Below, one piece after another: positions 1 through 9,104 of a stretch of DNA of 64,000 bases. Below the pieces are notes generated by a model. The model was given only the letters and a program-made list of their open reading frames with translations, was not told the origin of the DNA and searched no databases. Origin of the DNA: Candidatus Cloacimonadales bacterium (lineage in GTDB: Bacteria > Cloacimonadota > Cloacimonadia > Cloacimonadales > JAIOQZ01); the NCBI GenBank assembly GCA_963662655.2, contig CAXXTU010000002.1, forward strand, positions 1,728,001 to 1,792,000, written 5' to 3'. Both the position numbers and the translations under genes were made by a program. Position 1 is the first letter of the stretch. Each line of letters starts with the position of its first letter.

Positions 1-2796
1 CGTCATGCCCAGAGGAACCGTGACCGAGGCCGGATGAACAAACGGGAAATCCGCTGCGCCGGAAGCCCAGTACGACGACTCTCCCAGCGTTCCGTTCAGC
101 GCGAAACCGTTGTAACGGTTACCCGTACCGCGATTGCCCGTGTATGAAATCAGCCGACAGCTGTTGAGGTAAATGCCGTAGCTTCCGTTATTGTCGCAAA
201 CATTGTCTGTCAGGTGCGTAACCGTTGTCGTTCCGCTTGAATAAATGCCATTTAAGCTGTTGTTCGAGCACACGTTGTTTTCCAGCCACGTCACGTTCCC
301 GAGATTATGAATTCCGTTCGATGAGCTGAATTCGATGATTGAATTCCGTACATAGCAGGAATCGCTGTTGGAAAATTTCAGATTGGCATCGGCAGTTCCG
401 GCTGTGTTCCCGCCATAACGCACATAACACCACTCGTACCGTCCAATTCCCTGATTGTTGCTGGAACCGTCATGCAACACCCCATACCAGTTTCCCGCTG
501 CCGGGGATGTCGTAGCGTTATCCGTATCCCCGGAAAACGTATCGTCGTATATCGAGGTGAATACAATCGGGTCCTCTTCCGTTGCGATCGCGTTAATTTC
601 CCCGTACACAGACATCTGTCTAGAATCCTTGAACTTGAGCGTCGTGCCTGGGGAGATGTTCAGTACACTGTCCGCTTGCACGGTAATATTGGCATCAGCA
701 ACATAAGGGAAGCTCGGGTGCGATTGCGTCCAGACTGAACCGTTCGCCACAATACCGCTTATACCGACACCATCGATGCCGTTGCCCGATCCGCTGTATC
801 CCTCGAGAGAGTGCAGTAGAACATTGTTGAACAAAGCTCCATGCTGTCCGTTGTCATAGAACTCGCAACCGTAAACGTAAGGGTTTGTGTTGGTTCCGCT
901 CAAGTATACACCGTTCAACAGGTTGCCACGGAAGACGCTGTTTTGTATATTGACGTCGCAACCAACTCCCCTGATACCTTGCGTAGAGCTGTATTCGATC
1001 CAGCCGTCGTTGAAATGGAAATCATCGCAGTAAAAAAGGTAAATATTCGCGTCCGGAATGCCACTGCTGTTACCGCCGTATCGGATCCGGCAGTAGTCGA
1101 AATGACCAATCCCCTGATTTTCGTTAACGCCATATACATAGATGCCTTGCCAATCTCCGGTTGAGGGATCGACTCGTGCCCCGTCCGTGTTACCGCCAAA
1201 GCTGTCGTCCCGGATGGACGTTATCACGACCGGTGAAACGGAGGTTCCATTGGCGTCCAGCGTGCCATAGCAAGTGAGAGAAGAATTCATTTCCGCTTTT
1301 ATAATGGTTCCCATCAGGAGCGTAAGACTTGCCCCCTGCTGGACCGTGTTGGAAGCATTTAAAATGAATGGAAACGACGCCTGCGGGTGCGACCACTCGA
1401 CATCGCCGAAGATATTGCCATACACGGCGAAACCGTTGTATTGATTACCGGTTCCCGTGTTACCGCTGTAATCCATCAAGTGGCAGCCATTCATGAATGC
1501 GGCATAGTTCTGATTATCGGTAAATGTACAGTTGGTTACGACAGGCTCGCTGTCGCTTCCGGTCACGTACAACCCGTTGTGGAGATTCCCGGTGAAATGG
1601 CTGTTCGTGATGATCGGAGCGCATTGGTTGGCTCTCAATCCCCGCATCGCGCTGTACTCGATGTGGCTGTTGTTGAAAATAGCGCTTGGGGAACTGCTGA
1701 AATAGAGGGCGCAGTCATAGGACGAACTCGTGTTTCCTGCATAACGGATTCTGCAATAATCGAATTCCCCGTTTCCGGGGGAGTCAACCGAACTATATGC
1801 ACATTGAATTCCCATCCAATCTCCGTGAGAGGGGCTTGTTGCGTCCTCGTTGTTGTTTGTGTCGCCGCCGTACGTATCGTCATGAATCGATGTGATGACG
1901 ACCGGCCGAGCGGAGGTTCCGTTGACATCGATACTCGAATAGATATTGAAGTTAGCGCCTCCGAGTCCCTTGATGACGGTTCCTTCATGTATCGTTAAGG
2001 GCTGCCCCTCAGAGAATATCAGGCCGCCATTGACGACAAACGGGAAATCTTCGTTGTCTTGAAGATGGCTCGCGCTGAACCCACCGGTCAGAACAATGCC
2101 GTTGATTCCGTTGTTGTCGCCGGAGTTCTGGATAACGGAATTGTATCCGATCTGGCTTCCCGTTGTTATATAAGCCGCATAGCTTCCGTTGTTCTCGAAA
2201 GTGTTGTCAATAACCGTGACAACCGCGTTCTGGTTGATGTAAAGTCCATACTGTCCGTTATCGGAAAACGAACAATGCTGAATATCGGGAGAGCACTGAT
2301 AGGTCTGCAAACCGTGGTTCTGACTGAGACCAATGGTGCAGTAGTAGAATGTACACCAGTCCCCCGCAACCCGGATGTTGGAATCGTAAACGCTCAGGGT
2401 GTTTCCTCCGTAGCGCACAATCGCATAGTTCATCGTGCAGGTACCGTCGATATTGATGCCATACCAGTCACCCGGCTGGGGATCGCCGCTCGAATCGCCG
2501 ATACTCTGGCCAACGGAGTCGTCGTTCTTCGAGGTTATGTAAACGGGACTCATGGACGTTCCCTGTGCGACAATGTCTCCGTAGCAATTCAAAACGGTGC
2601 TGCCGTTGAACTTGACAACCGCCCCGGCAGCAATGGTCAGCGTTGAGCCCTCGTTGACTGTCGCGTTGGATGTAACATACCACGTGTTACCGCCCGTAAG
2701 CGTCATTCCTGAAATATCGCCCGAAAGAACGCTGTATGATAATAGCGCACCGGGCAATAGCAAAGCAAGGAAAAGAATCATCGGAATTATCTTCAT
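1..2796 (-). CDS. Large secreted repeat protein, right-handed beta-helix/adhesin-like (partial, runs off the left edge; missing from the ORF track)
   Basis: Manual translation from ATG 2796 (RBS AGGAGG just upstream): MKIIPMILFLALLLPGALLSYSVLSGDISGMTLTGGNTWYVT. No stop seen in frame towards position 1. Signal peptide; a module with G[DN]W.G[IV] (followed by RYGGN in at least three copies) recurs about every 660 nt; Asn/Gly rich. Confidence 0.85.
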   Translation of the reverse strand, partial: MKIIPMILFLALLLPGALLSYSVLSGDISGMTLTGGNTWYVTSNATVNEGSTLTIAAGAVVKFNGSTVLNCYGDIVAQGTSMSPVYITSKNDDSVGQSIGDSSGDPQPGDWYGINIDGTCTMNYAIVRYGGNTLSVYDSNIRVAGDWCTFYYCTIGLSQNHGLQTYQCSPDIQHCSFSDNGQYGLYINQNAVVTVIDNTFENNGSYAAYITTGSQIGYNSVIQNSGDNNGINGIVLTGGFSASHLQDNEDFPFVVNGGLIFSEGQPLTIHEGTVIKGLGGANFNIYSSIDVNGTSARPVVITSIHDDTYGGDTNNNEDATSPSHGDWMGIQCAYSSVDSPGNGEFDYCRIRYAGNTSSSYDCALYFSSSPSAIFNNSHIEYSAMRGLRANQCAPIITNSHFTGNLHNGLYVTGSDSEPVVTNCTFTDNQNYAAFMNGCHLMDYSGNTGTGNQYNGFAVYGNIFGDVEWSHPQASFPFILNASNTVQQGASLTLLMGTIIKAEMNSSLTCYGTLDANGTSVSPVVITSIRDDSFGGNTDGARVDPSTGDWQGIYVYGVNENQGIGHFDYCRIRYGGNSSGIPDANIYLFYCDDFHFNDGWIEYSSTQGIRGVGCDVNIQNSVFRGNLLNGVYLSGTNTNPYVYGCEFYDNGQHGALFNNVLLHSLEGYSGSGNGIDGVGISGIVANGSVWTQSHPSFPYVADANITVQADSVLNISPGTTLKFKDSRQMSVYGEINAIATEEDPIVFTSIYDDTFSGDTDNATTSPAAGNWYGVLHDGSSNNQGIGRYEWCYVRYGGNTAGTADANLKFSNSDSCYVRNSIIEFSSSNGIHNLGNVTWLENNVCSNNSLNGIYSSGTTTVTHLTDNVCDNNGSYGIYLNSCRLISYTGNRGTGNRYNGFALNGTLGESSYWASGAADFPFVHPASVTVPLGMT

Positions 2797-3069
2797 CAGA
2801 ACCTCCTGACAGGTTGTTCAATTCATTTGTATCACGTATTTTCGAGAATATATTGTTGTACTTGAAAAGTAAACATGTCAAGTAAAACGCAATTTAAAAA
2901 TACATTAATCGAGCAAATGTGTTGAGGCAACTATTAATTTCGCGAAGGAATCGAGGGTAAAAGATAATCCTTGCCAAAAAAAACGGGATGCAGGTTTTCT
3001 CGACGAGAATATTGTCATGTGACGATTTCAGAGTAAATTGAGCAATAAAATGTTATTTGGAGGTTTGAA

Positions 3070-3294
3070 ATGGATAGAGAATCCGTCGAAATGGTACTCG
3101 ATAAAGTACGTCCGGCCATCCAGGCTGACGGTGGCGATGTTGAATTGATCAATATCCGCGCGGATAACGTGATTGAAGTACGCCTCAAAGGCGCATGCGG
3201 AAGCTGCCCGATGGCGACTCTCACTCTCAAGGCCGGTATTGAACGCGTCCTGAAGGAAGAAATTCCTGAAGTGAAAGAAGTTATCTCCGTATAA
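3070..3294 (+). CDS. NifU/NfuA-type Fe-S cluster scaffold domain protein
   Basis: VRPAIQADGGDVEL...LKGACGSCPMA (CxxC); GGAGG RBS. Confidence 0.92.
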   Translation: MDRESVEMVLDKVRPAIQADGGDVELINIRADNVIEVRLKGACGSCPMATLTLKAGIERVLKEEIPEVKEVISV

Positions 3295-3312
3295 TCGACA
3301 TTGAAATAGCTT

Positions 3313-3338
3313 AAGAGAGGCTATGCCTCTCTTTTTTT
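3313..3338 (+). terminator. Intrinsic terminator after nifU-like gene
   Basis: aagagaggc-tat-gcctctctt followed by a T run. Confidence 0.75.
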
Positions 3339-3441
3339 CTATCTGATACACTTTCCGTTTTACATGCCATGACACGGAATATGAAAAGATGCGGAAGTTG
3401 TTCTTTGAGGTGATTTTTCATTTGAAATGGCAGAATAGCAC

Positions 3442-5376
3442 ATGGCATTTCAAACGAAAAACCGCATGAGAAGAAATATGAAAAACGTTTTGCGAATTTA
3501 CAAGATAGCGAGCCGGTATTGGGAGTTTCTGGTCGGTGGCGTGATAACCATGATCCTCTACGCGATGTTCAGCGGTGTCAGCGTGACCATGGCCATTCCC
3601 CTGTTCGATTATGTCTTTGCAGTTGATAAAACCAATGTTGTATACTCCGATGTTTCGTCCTTGTTGAACGCATTGATGGAGCAGATCAGGTTGTTTAACG
3701 AGGCGAATCCGAGTATCGGAACGTGGACCGATATGGCCGAGCTAAAGCCGCTGTTTGCCAATTTACAGGAGATCATGGCGGTATCGGATTCCTATGTGCT
3801 GCTCCAGATTATCGCTGTCGCCACGGTTTCCCTCTATTTTCTTCGCAGTCTGTTTTTCTTTTTGAACAAAGTCATGTTCGTGAATCTTCGCGGGAAAACC
3901 ATCCGCGACCTGCGTAACATGATGATGGAATCGTATCTCCGGCAGAGCATCGCTTTTTTCGGAAAAAATCGCTCCGGTGACTCACTTGTTCGCATGGTGA
4001 ACGATGGCGAGATTGTGAGCCGGCAGTTCCTCGATCAGATATTCAACATCCTCCGGAACGCGATAACCGTATTGATTTTCTTACGTATCGCGCTTTTCCT
4101 CAATGCGAAACTCTTCTTGATCAGCATCGTGATCCTGCCGGTATTCTCAGGCTCACTCAACTACCTCGGCAACAAGATACGCAAGTACGCCAAGCGTGTA
4201 CAGAAACAGTTTTCCAATATGTTCTCGGCGATCGAAGAGATCATGCGAAACATGAAGATCGTCAAGGCTTATGCCCGTGAAGAATATGAATACAAGCGCG
4301 TGAAGGATATCAACAAGAAGCATTTCAAGTACTGGCGGAAATCGGAAGTCTACAACTCGATGGGCATGCCTTTCTCGGAGATCAATAGCGCGATAACCGG
4401 AATGATCGTGCTGCTGATTGGCGGAAGAATGGTTCTCAGCGGAGACGGCAGTTTCACGTTCGGTGATTTCTCGGCCTTCCTTTTCGCCATATTCTCCATG
4501 CTGCATCCCGTGAAGGAGATCGCCAAGGCTTACATGGAAATCCGCAGAGCCGCGGTTTCCCTGGAACGCGTTTCCTACGTCCTCGACCTCGATCCGGAAA
4601 TCATTGACGATCCTAACGCCATTCACAAGACCTCATTCGATGGCAGCATCAAGCTCGAGAATGTCCGTTTCAGCTACGATGAATCCAAGGAGATTTTGAG
4701 CGACATCAACCTGACAATCAAGAAGGGCGAGAAGGTGGCGCTTGTCGGTTCGAGCGGATCGGGCAAGACCACGCTTGTCAACCTGCTGTGCAGGATGTAC
4801 GATGCTTCTTCGGGCGTGATCCTGGTTGACGGTACGCCGATCAAGAAGATCAAGCTGACGGATCTGAAGCGTCTCTTCGGGTACGTTACGCAGAATTCGA
4901 TCCTTTTCTCCGATACTGTCGAATACAATATCCGATACGGCTCGCTGGAGGAAGTCTCGATGGAGCAGGTGGAAAAAGCCAGCAGGATCGCCCATGCGGA
5001 GGAGTTTATCGTTCAGATGGACAAGGGGTACGAGACGCTTCTCAACGCGGGAGGTTCCAACCTCTCCGGCGGACAGCAGCAACGGCTTTGCATCGCCCGA
5101 TCGATCGTCGGCGATCCTCCGATCCTGATATTCGATGAAGCGACCAGCGCGCTCGATACGGAATCCGAACGTAAGGTTCAAGAGGCCATGGACAACGCCA
5201 CGCGCAACCGCACCGTGATCATGATCGCCCACCGGCTTTCAACCGTTCTCGCGTCCGACCGTATTTACGTGATGGACAAGGGCAAGATCGTTGGGGCGGG
5301 AACGCACGGCGAGCTTCTCGAAACCTGCCCACGCTACAAGACACTGTACGACATGCAGTTCGCGGATCAGCGATAA
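3442..5376 (+). CDS. MsbA-like ABC exporter (fused TMD + NBD)
   Basis: Multiple TM helices, GSSGSGKT Walker A, LSGGQQQR signature, ILIFDEATSALD Walker B, IAHRL; start may be 3466 or 3478. Confidence 0.92.
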   Translation: MAFQTKNRMRRNMKNVLRIYKIASRYWEFLVGGVITMILYAMFSGVSVTMAIPLFDYVFAVDKTNVVYSDVSSLLNALMEQIRLFNEANPSIGTWTDMAELKPLFANLQEIMAVSDSYVLLQIIAVATVSLYFLRSLFFFLNKVMFVNLRGKTIRDLRNMMMESYLRQSIAFFGKNRSGDSLVRMVNDGEIVSRQFLDQIFNILRNAITVLIFLRIALFLNAKLFLISIVILPVFSGSLNYLGNKIRKYAKRVQKQFSNMFSAIEEIMRNMKIVKAYAREEYEYKRVKDINKKHFKYWRKSEVYNSMGMPFSEINSAITGMIVLLIGGRMVLSGDGSFTFGDFSAFLFAIFSMLHPVKEIAKAYMEIRRAAVSLERVSYVLDLDPEIIDDPNAIHKTSFDGSIKLENVRFSYDESKEILSDINLTIKKGEKVALVGSSGSGKTTLVNLLCRMYDASSGVILVDGTPIKKIKLTDLKRLFGYVTQNSILFSDTVEYNIRYGSLEEVSMEQVEKASRIAHAEEFIVQMDKGYETLLNAGGSNLSGGQQQRLCIARSIVGDPPILIFDEATSALDTESERKVQEAMDNATRNRTVIMIAHRLSTVLASDRIYVMDKGKIVGAGTHGELLETCPRYKTLYDMQFADQR

Positions 5377-5413
5377 AGCTTCCCGGATTTCTTCTCATTG
5401 GACCGGGTCGGCA

Positions 5414-5498
5414 ATCCGATGCACCTTCGCCCGATCGCACCACTCCGTCGTGGATATAACACGCCTGCGCGCCGGATCGAACGAATCTGCTATCGGAT
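5414..5498 (-). repeat. Dispersed hairpin element copy A (truncated or hybrid)
   Basis: Minus strand: atccgat-A-gca-GA-ttcgttcgatc ... gtgttatatcc ... gatcgggcgaa-GG-tgc-atcggat; lacks the GGTGTT-CAC inner arm. Confidence 0.8.
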
Positions 5499-5587
5499 GG
5501 CTTAGGCTTTTCTACCCAACTCAGCTAAACATTCTGTAACCCATCATTACAAAGCTTAATTTATAAATGAAATTTAATTTAATATTC

Positions 5588-5615
5588 TTGACATAGCGCT
5601 CCTTTTTCGTACATT
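5588..5615 (+). promoter_or_regulatory. Putative sigma70 promoter of the terS-terL-portal operon
   Basis: TTGACA (5588-5593), 16 nt, TACATT (5610-5615); very AT-rich UP-like tract upstream. Confidence 0.6.
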
Positions 5616-5633
5616 CATACGCGGAGGGTGTAT

Positions 5634-6056
5634 ATGTCAGAAAAGAAAGCAGTCGAATTCGATCCCAATCTTCATCCGCATCTGGTGTATCTATATCGCG
5701 ACCGCGGGTACACGCAGAAGAAGATCGCTGAAGCTCTTGAGATCAGTGTTGGGCAATTGATGAGCTGGATCAGGATGTATCCTCGGGTCAAGCAGGCTTA
5801 TCAGATTGTTCCGGAGAAAATGGACATCGTCATCGAGGAAGCGCTCAAGAAGATGATGGATGGCTACGAGAAGAAAGAAACCATCGAGACGTACAAGACG
5901 AACAAGGAGGGTCAGGAGGAGCTTGTGGAGCGCAAGGTCACGACAAAGCACGTCGATGGTAACCCAACTGCGCTGAAGATATGGGTGGAACGCTTCCTCA
6001 AGGACAACGACGAGGACTTCGGCGAGGACTACGAAGAGGCGGAGTTTTCCGAGTGA
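5634..6056 (+). CDS. Phage terminase small subunit-like protein (HTH)
   Basis: N-terminal HTH (GYTQKKIAEALEIS..QL..W), then IEEAL..MMDGYE..ET...TKHV.GNPTAL..W pattern seen in TerS proteins; directly upstream of and overlapping terL. Confidence 0.75.
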   Translation: MSEKKAVEFDPNLHPHLVYLYRDRGYTQKKIAEALEISVGQLMSWIRMYPRVKQAYQIVPEKMDIVIEEALKKMMDGYEKKETIETYKTNKEGQEELVERKVTTKHVDGNPTALKIWVERFLKDNDEDFGEDYEEAEFSE

Positions 6057-7288
6057 ACCTGAGGCTCCGGCGCAAGGATTTCCTCCCCCACCAGTGGGAA
6101 TTCCTGACCAGCGAGAATCCGATCAAGGCGCTGGTTTCCGGATTCGGCGGCGGCAAGACGCATGTGTTCTTGCGGGAAACGCTGTTGAACCACCTCTTCA
6201 TGAGAAACCGCAGGGGAAAATCCAACGGCTGGATTGTGTATCCCACCTACGCATTGGCAGAAGAGCTGTTCTGCGAACCATTCCAGGAGCTGCTTCGCAA
6301 GTACCGTATCCGCTTTGATTATAAGGCAACTCGACTTCGCTTCGAGAGCAAGTACGGCGTGATCCGCGTCTACCAATTGCAAACACCTGCGCGCATGGTG
6401 GGGAGCGAACTGACCTACATCGGTTTCGACGAGTTCGACATCGGTAGCTACAAGAATTGCGAAATCGCCTATCAGAAGGCGATCGGGCGACTCAGAGGCT
6501 GCGAGAACGCCAGGCTGTACATTGTAACAACGCCGGAAGGCTTCCATTATACCTACAAACTCTTCAAAGAGGAAGGGGCGGCCAAACATCTCATACAAGC
6601 AAAGACAACTGATAATCCCCACCTTCCGGCGAGTTACATCCACTACCTGAGAAGCCAGTACGACGAGAACCTCCTCAGGCGCTACATGAACGGGGAGTTC
6701 GTCAACCTGAACACCGCGCAGGCGTACTACAACTTCGAGCGTGAGCGGCACGTGAAAGAGGTCGAATGCACGTACGCGCCGGAATACTACGTCGGCATGG
6801 ATTTCAACATCGACCCGATGACGGCGGTGGTCGGCGTGTTCCGCGACGACAGGTATGAGGTATTGAACGAGTTCTGGCTCAAGAACAGCAACACCGAACG
6901 CATGTGCAAGGTTATATCGCAGGACTTTGATCCGAACCGGATCGTCGTGTACCCGGACATGACGGGCATCAAGCGTTCCACCAGCGCCGCGGTGGGACTC
7001 ACGGACATCAAGATTCTCAAATCGAACGGATTCCGCGTCAAAGCGACACGCAACCCGCTGGTGAGAGACCGCATCAACGCGGTCAACAACGCGCTCGCGA
7101 AAGGCAAGCTCCTGATCCATCCGCGATGCAGGCACCTCATCCGCGACCTCGAGCAGGTCAGTCGCGACAAGCACGGCGAGCTGGACAAGTCCAGCCCCGA
7201 TTTGACCCACATATCCGACGCGATGGGATATGCGGTCTGGAACCTGTTTCCCATCGTCAGTCAACCCGACTGGCGGACATCAGCATAA
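6053..7288 (+). CDS. Phage terminase large subunit (ATPase + RNase H-like nuclease)
   Basis: FLPHQ adenine-binding motif, SGFGGGKT Walker A, IGFDE Walker B, TTPEG motif III, VGMDFN and HISDAMGY nuclease acidic residues. GTG start overlaps the terS TGA (GTGA) with a GGAG RBS; the ORF-track start 5981 is probably too long. Confidence 0.92.
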   Translation: MNLRLRRKDFLPHQWEFLTSENPIKALVSGFGGGKTHVFLRETLLNHLFMRNRRGKSNGWIVYPTYALAEELFCEPFQELLRKYRIRFDYKATRLRFESKYGVIRVYQLQTPARMVGSELTYIGFDEFDIGSYKNCEIAYQKAIGRLRGCENARLYIVTTPEGFHYTYKLFKEEGAAKHLIQAKTTDNPHLPASYIHYLRSQYDENLLRRYMNGEFVNLNTAQAYYNFERERHVKEVECTYAPEYYVGMDFNIDPMTAVVGVFRDDRYEVLNEFWLKNSNTERMCKVISQDFDPNRIVVYPDMTGIKRSTSAAVGLTDIKILKSNGFRVKATRNPLVRDRINAVNNALAKGKLLIHPRCRHLIRDLEQVSRDKHGELDKSSPDLTHISDAMGYAVWNLFPIVSQPDWRTSA

Positions 7289-7306
7289 CAAAAAGGAGAG
7301 GCATGA

Positions 7307-8683
7307 ATGGAAACGATGATCAGAAACATGCAACAGGCTTCGCGCTGGAACGAAGACATCCAGCGCAGGCTGCGCACGAGAAAGTACCTGGATTATTACC
7401 GCAACCGGTGCAAGGAATACATCGCGGAGCGGATCGACAGCATGGTCGATGGCGAAGAGGCGAAGGAGCTCAAGAAGTACATCGAGCACGACAACATCAC
7501 CGAGCGTTTCGTCGATGAGATCAGCCTGGTCTTCGCCGAGAAGGTGAAAATCACCGCGAGGCGAAGAAAGCCGGACGGCTCGCTCGTCGAAGACGCGGAA
7601 GCCCAGAAGGAGATCGAGCGGCTGCTGCGGCAGACCCGGTTCCAGGTCACAATGAAAGAGGTTGAACGCCTCACCAAGCTCATCTTCGACGTCGCCGTAC
7701 TGCCGCAGGTTCGCGACGGCAAGGTAGAGCTGGATATCATTACCGGGGACAAGGCGTTCGTAATCCAGCAGATCAAGAACACGGTCAAGGCCGAGCAGTT
7801 CTATTATCAGGTCGGACTCAGGGAAAATACCGCGCTCGCGGAACGCGTAGATATCTTCCACTTCTGGACGGCTGATGGACGCAAATACCAGTGCGAGATC
7901 ATGGCCAACGGTCAGCCGGACCCGCAGAGCGTCACCCATCTCAACCACATTGCGTATCCGAACATGCCGGTCGTCATGTTCCGCAACTATCTCCCCATCG
8001 ATACCTTCTGGTTCGACGGCGAAAACGCCATCGTTGAGAAGAATATCGCCATCGATCTCAAACGCACCGACCTCGCCATGGCCGAGGCCTACAACATACC
8101 GCAGCTCTTCACAACAGGCACGCGCGAGAATCAGGACATGAAAAAGGGCCGCACCTTCAAGATCGATATCCCACGCAACGACATGGGAGAAGCCGTAGGA
8201 GATGCCAAGTATCTCTCTCCCAACGAACCGCTGAAGGAACTGAACGAGATGATTAACAGCCGCATCGAGCAACTCGGGCTTTCAAAGGGTCTCTCCAAAT
8301 CGCTGATAAGCGGGACGACGGTTTCCTCCGGCTACGCGCTTGCGCTGTCGAAATACGAGATCGTCGAGAGAAACCGCAGACAGCGCGACTATTACTACGA
8401 TTCCGTTCTGGAACTGGTCGAAAACATGATCATTACCGCGAATCGGGGACTTGGGTGGGAAATCCCGGAAGACCTGGTTCTCGGAGTCGATTTCGGGGAA
8501 ATCCGCTTCGGCGTTTCGGATCAGGAGAAGGAAGAAATCCGTCAGATGAAGCTTCAAAACGGCACGATCTCGCGCATCGATATCATGCTGGAAGACAATC
8601 CCGAACTGGATCGCGATATGGCGATCGAACAAGCGACACGCATCGATTCCGAAAACCTGCGATTCGCACAGACAGCTTCGTAA
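7307..8683 (+). CDS. Phage portal protein (SPP1 gp6-like)
   Basis: 458 aa directly after terL; LDYY, NITERFVD, PVVMFRN, SSGYAL, GTISR motifs characteristic of portals; AGGAGAGG RBS. Confidence 0.75.
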   Translation: METMIRNMQQASRWNEDIQRRLRTRKYLDYYRNRCKEYIAERIDSMVDGEEAKELKKYIEHDNITERFVDEISLVFAEKVKITARRRKPDGSLVEDAEAQKEIERLLRQTRFQVTMKEVERLTKLIFDVAVLPQVRDGKVELDIITGDKAFVIQQIKNTVKAEQFYYQVGLRENTALAERVDIFHFWTADGRKYQCEIMANGQPDPQSVTHLNHIAYPNMPVVMFRNYLPIDTFWFDGENAIVEKNIAIDLKRTDLAMAEAYNIPQLFTTGTRENQDMKKGRTFKIDIPRNDMGEAVGDAKYLSPNEPLKELNEMINSRIEQLGLSKGLSKSLISGTTVSSGYALALSKYEIVERNRRQRDYYYDSVLELVENMIITANRGLGWEIPEDLVLGVDFGEIRFGVSDQEKEEIRQMKLQNGTISRIDIMLEDNPELDRDMAIEQATRIDSENLRFAQTAS

Positions 8684-8697
8684 CAATAGCAATCTCA

Positions 8698-9091
8698 GGC
8701 ATGAGCAGATTCGTTCGATCTGCCATGAAGACGGGGTGTTACACGTCTAATTTCGGCTTTCGCATAGCGGAAACGAAATCACGAGCGTTGTGATTTCATG
8801 CAATGAAATCATGTTAGCGGATTTTCGGCTTTCGCATAGCGGAAACGAAATCACGAGCGTTGTGATTTCATGCATTGAAATCATGTTAGCGGATTTTCGG
8901 CTTTCGCATAGCGGAAACGAAATCACGAGCGTTGTGATTTCATGCATTGAAATCATGTTAGCGGATTTTCGGCTTTCGCATAGCGGAAACGAATACTTGA
9001 GCGTAAGCCTTTCGCTACGCGAAAGGCGAAAGCGCATAATTAGACGTGTTATATCCCCTTCTCAGGGTAGATCGGGCGAAGATGCCATGCC
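8698..9091 (+). repeat. Dispersed hairpin element copy B, loop expanded by a tandem array
   Basis: ggcatg-A-gca-GA-ttcgttcgatc...ggtgtta-cacgtctaatt [array] aattagacgtg-ttatatcc...gatcgggcgaa-GA-tgc-catgcc. Confidence 0.88.
8751..8993. repeat. 72-bp tandem repeat, 3 full units plus a 27-bp partial, each unit built from short palindromes
   Basis: Units start at 8751, 8823, 8895, 8967: tttcggctttcgcatagcggaaacgaaatcacgagcgttgtgatttcatgcaWtgaaatcatgttagcggat; one substitution among units. Confidence 0.95.
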
Positions 9092-9104
9092 GGGAATCGA
9101 AAGG

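Noticed and set aside
378..2881. Small ORFs listed in the first 2.9 kb
   Set aside because: All overlap the single long minus-strand gene starting at 2796.
6029..8272. Long antisense ORFs over terL and portal (also over mmdA, argS, GH57, groL and others)
   Set aside because: Shadow frames produced by codon bias of the sense genes; no recognisable motifs.
8751..8993. CRISPR array
   Set aside because: Units are contiguous and essentially identical with no unique spacers; no cas genes in the window.
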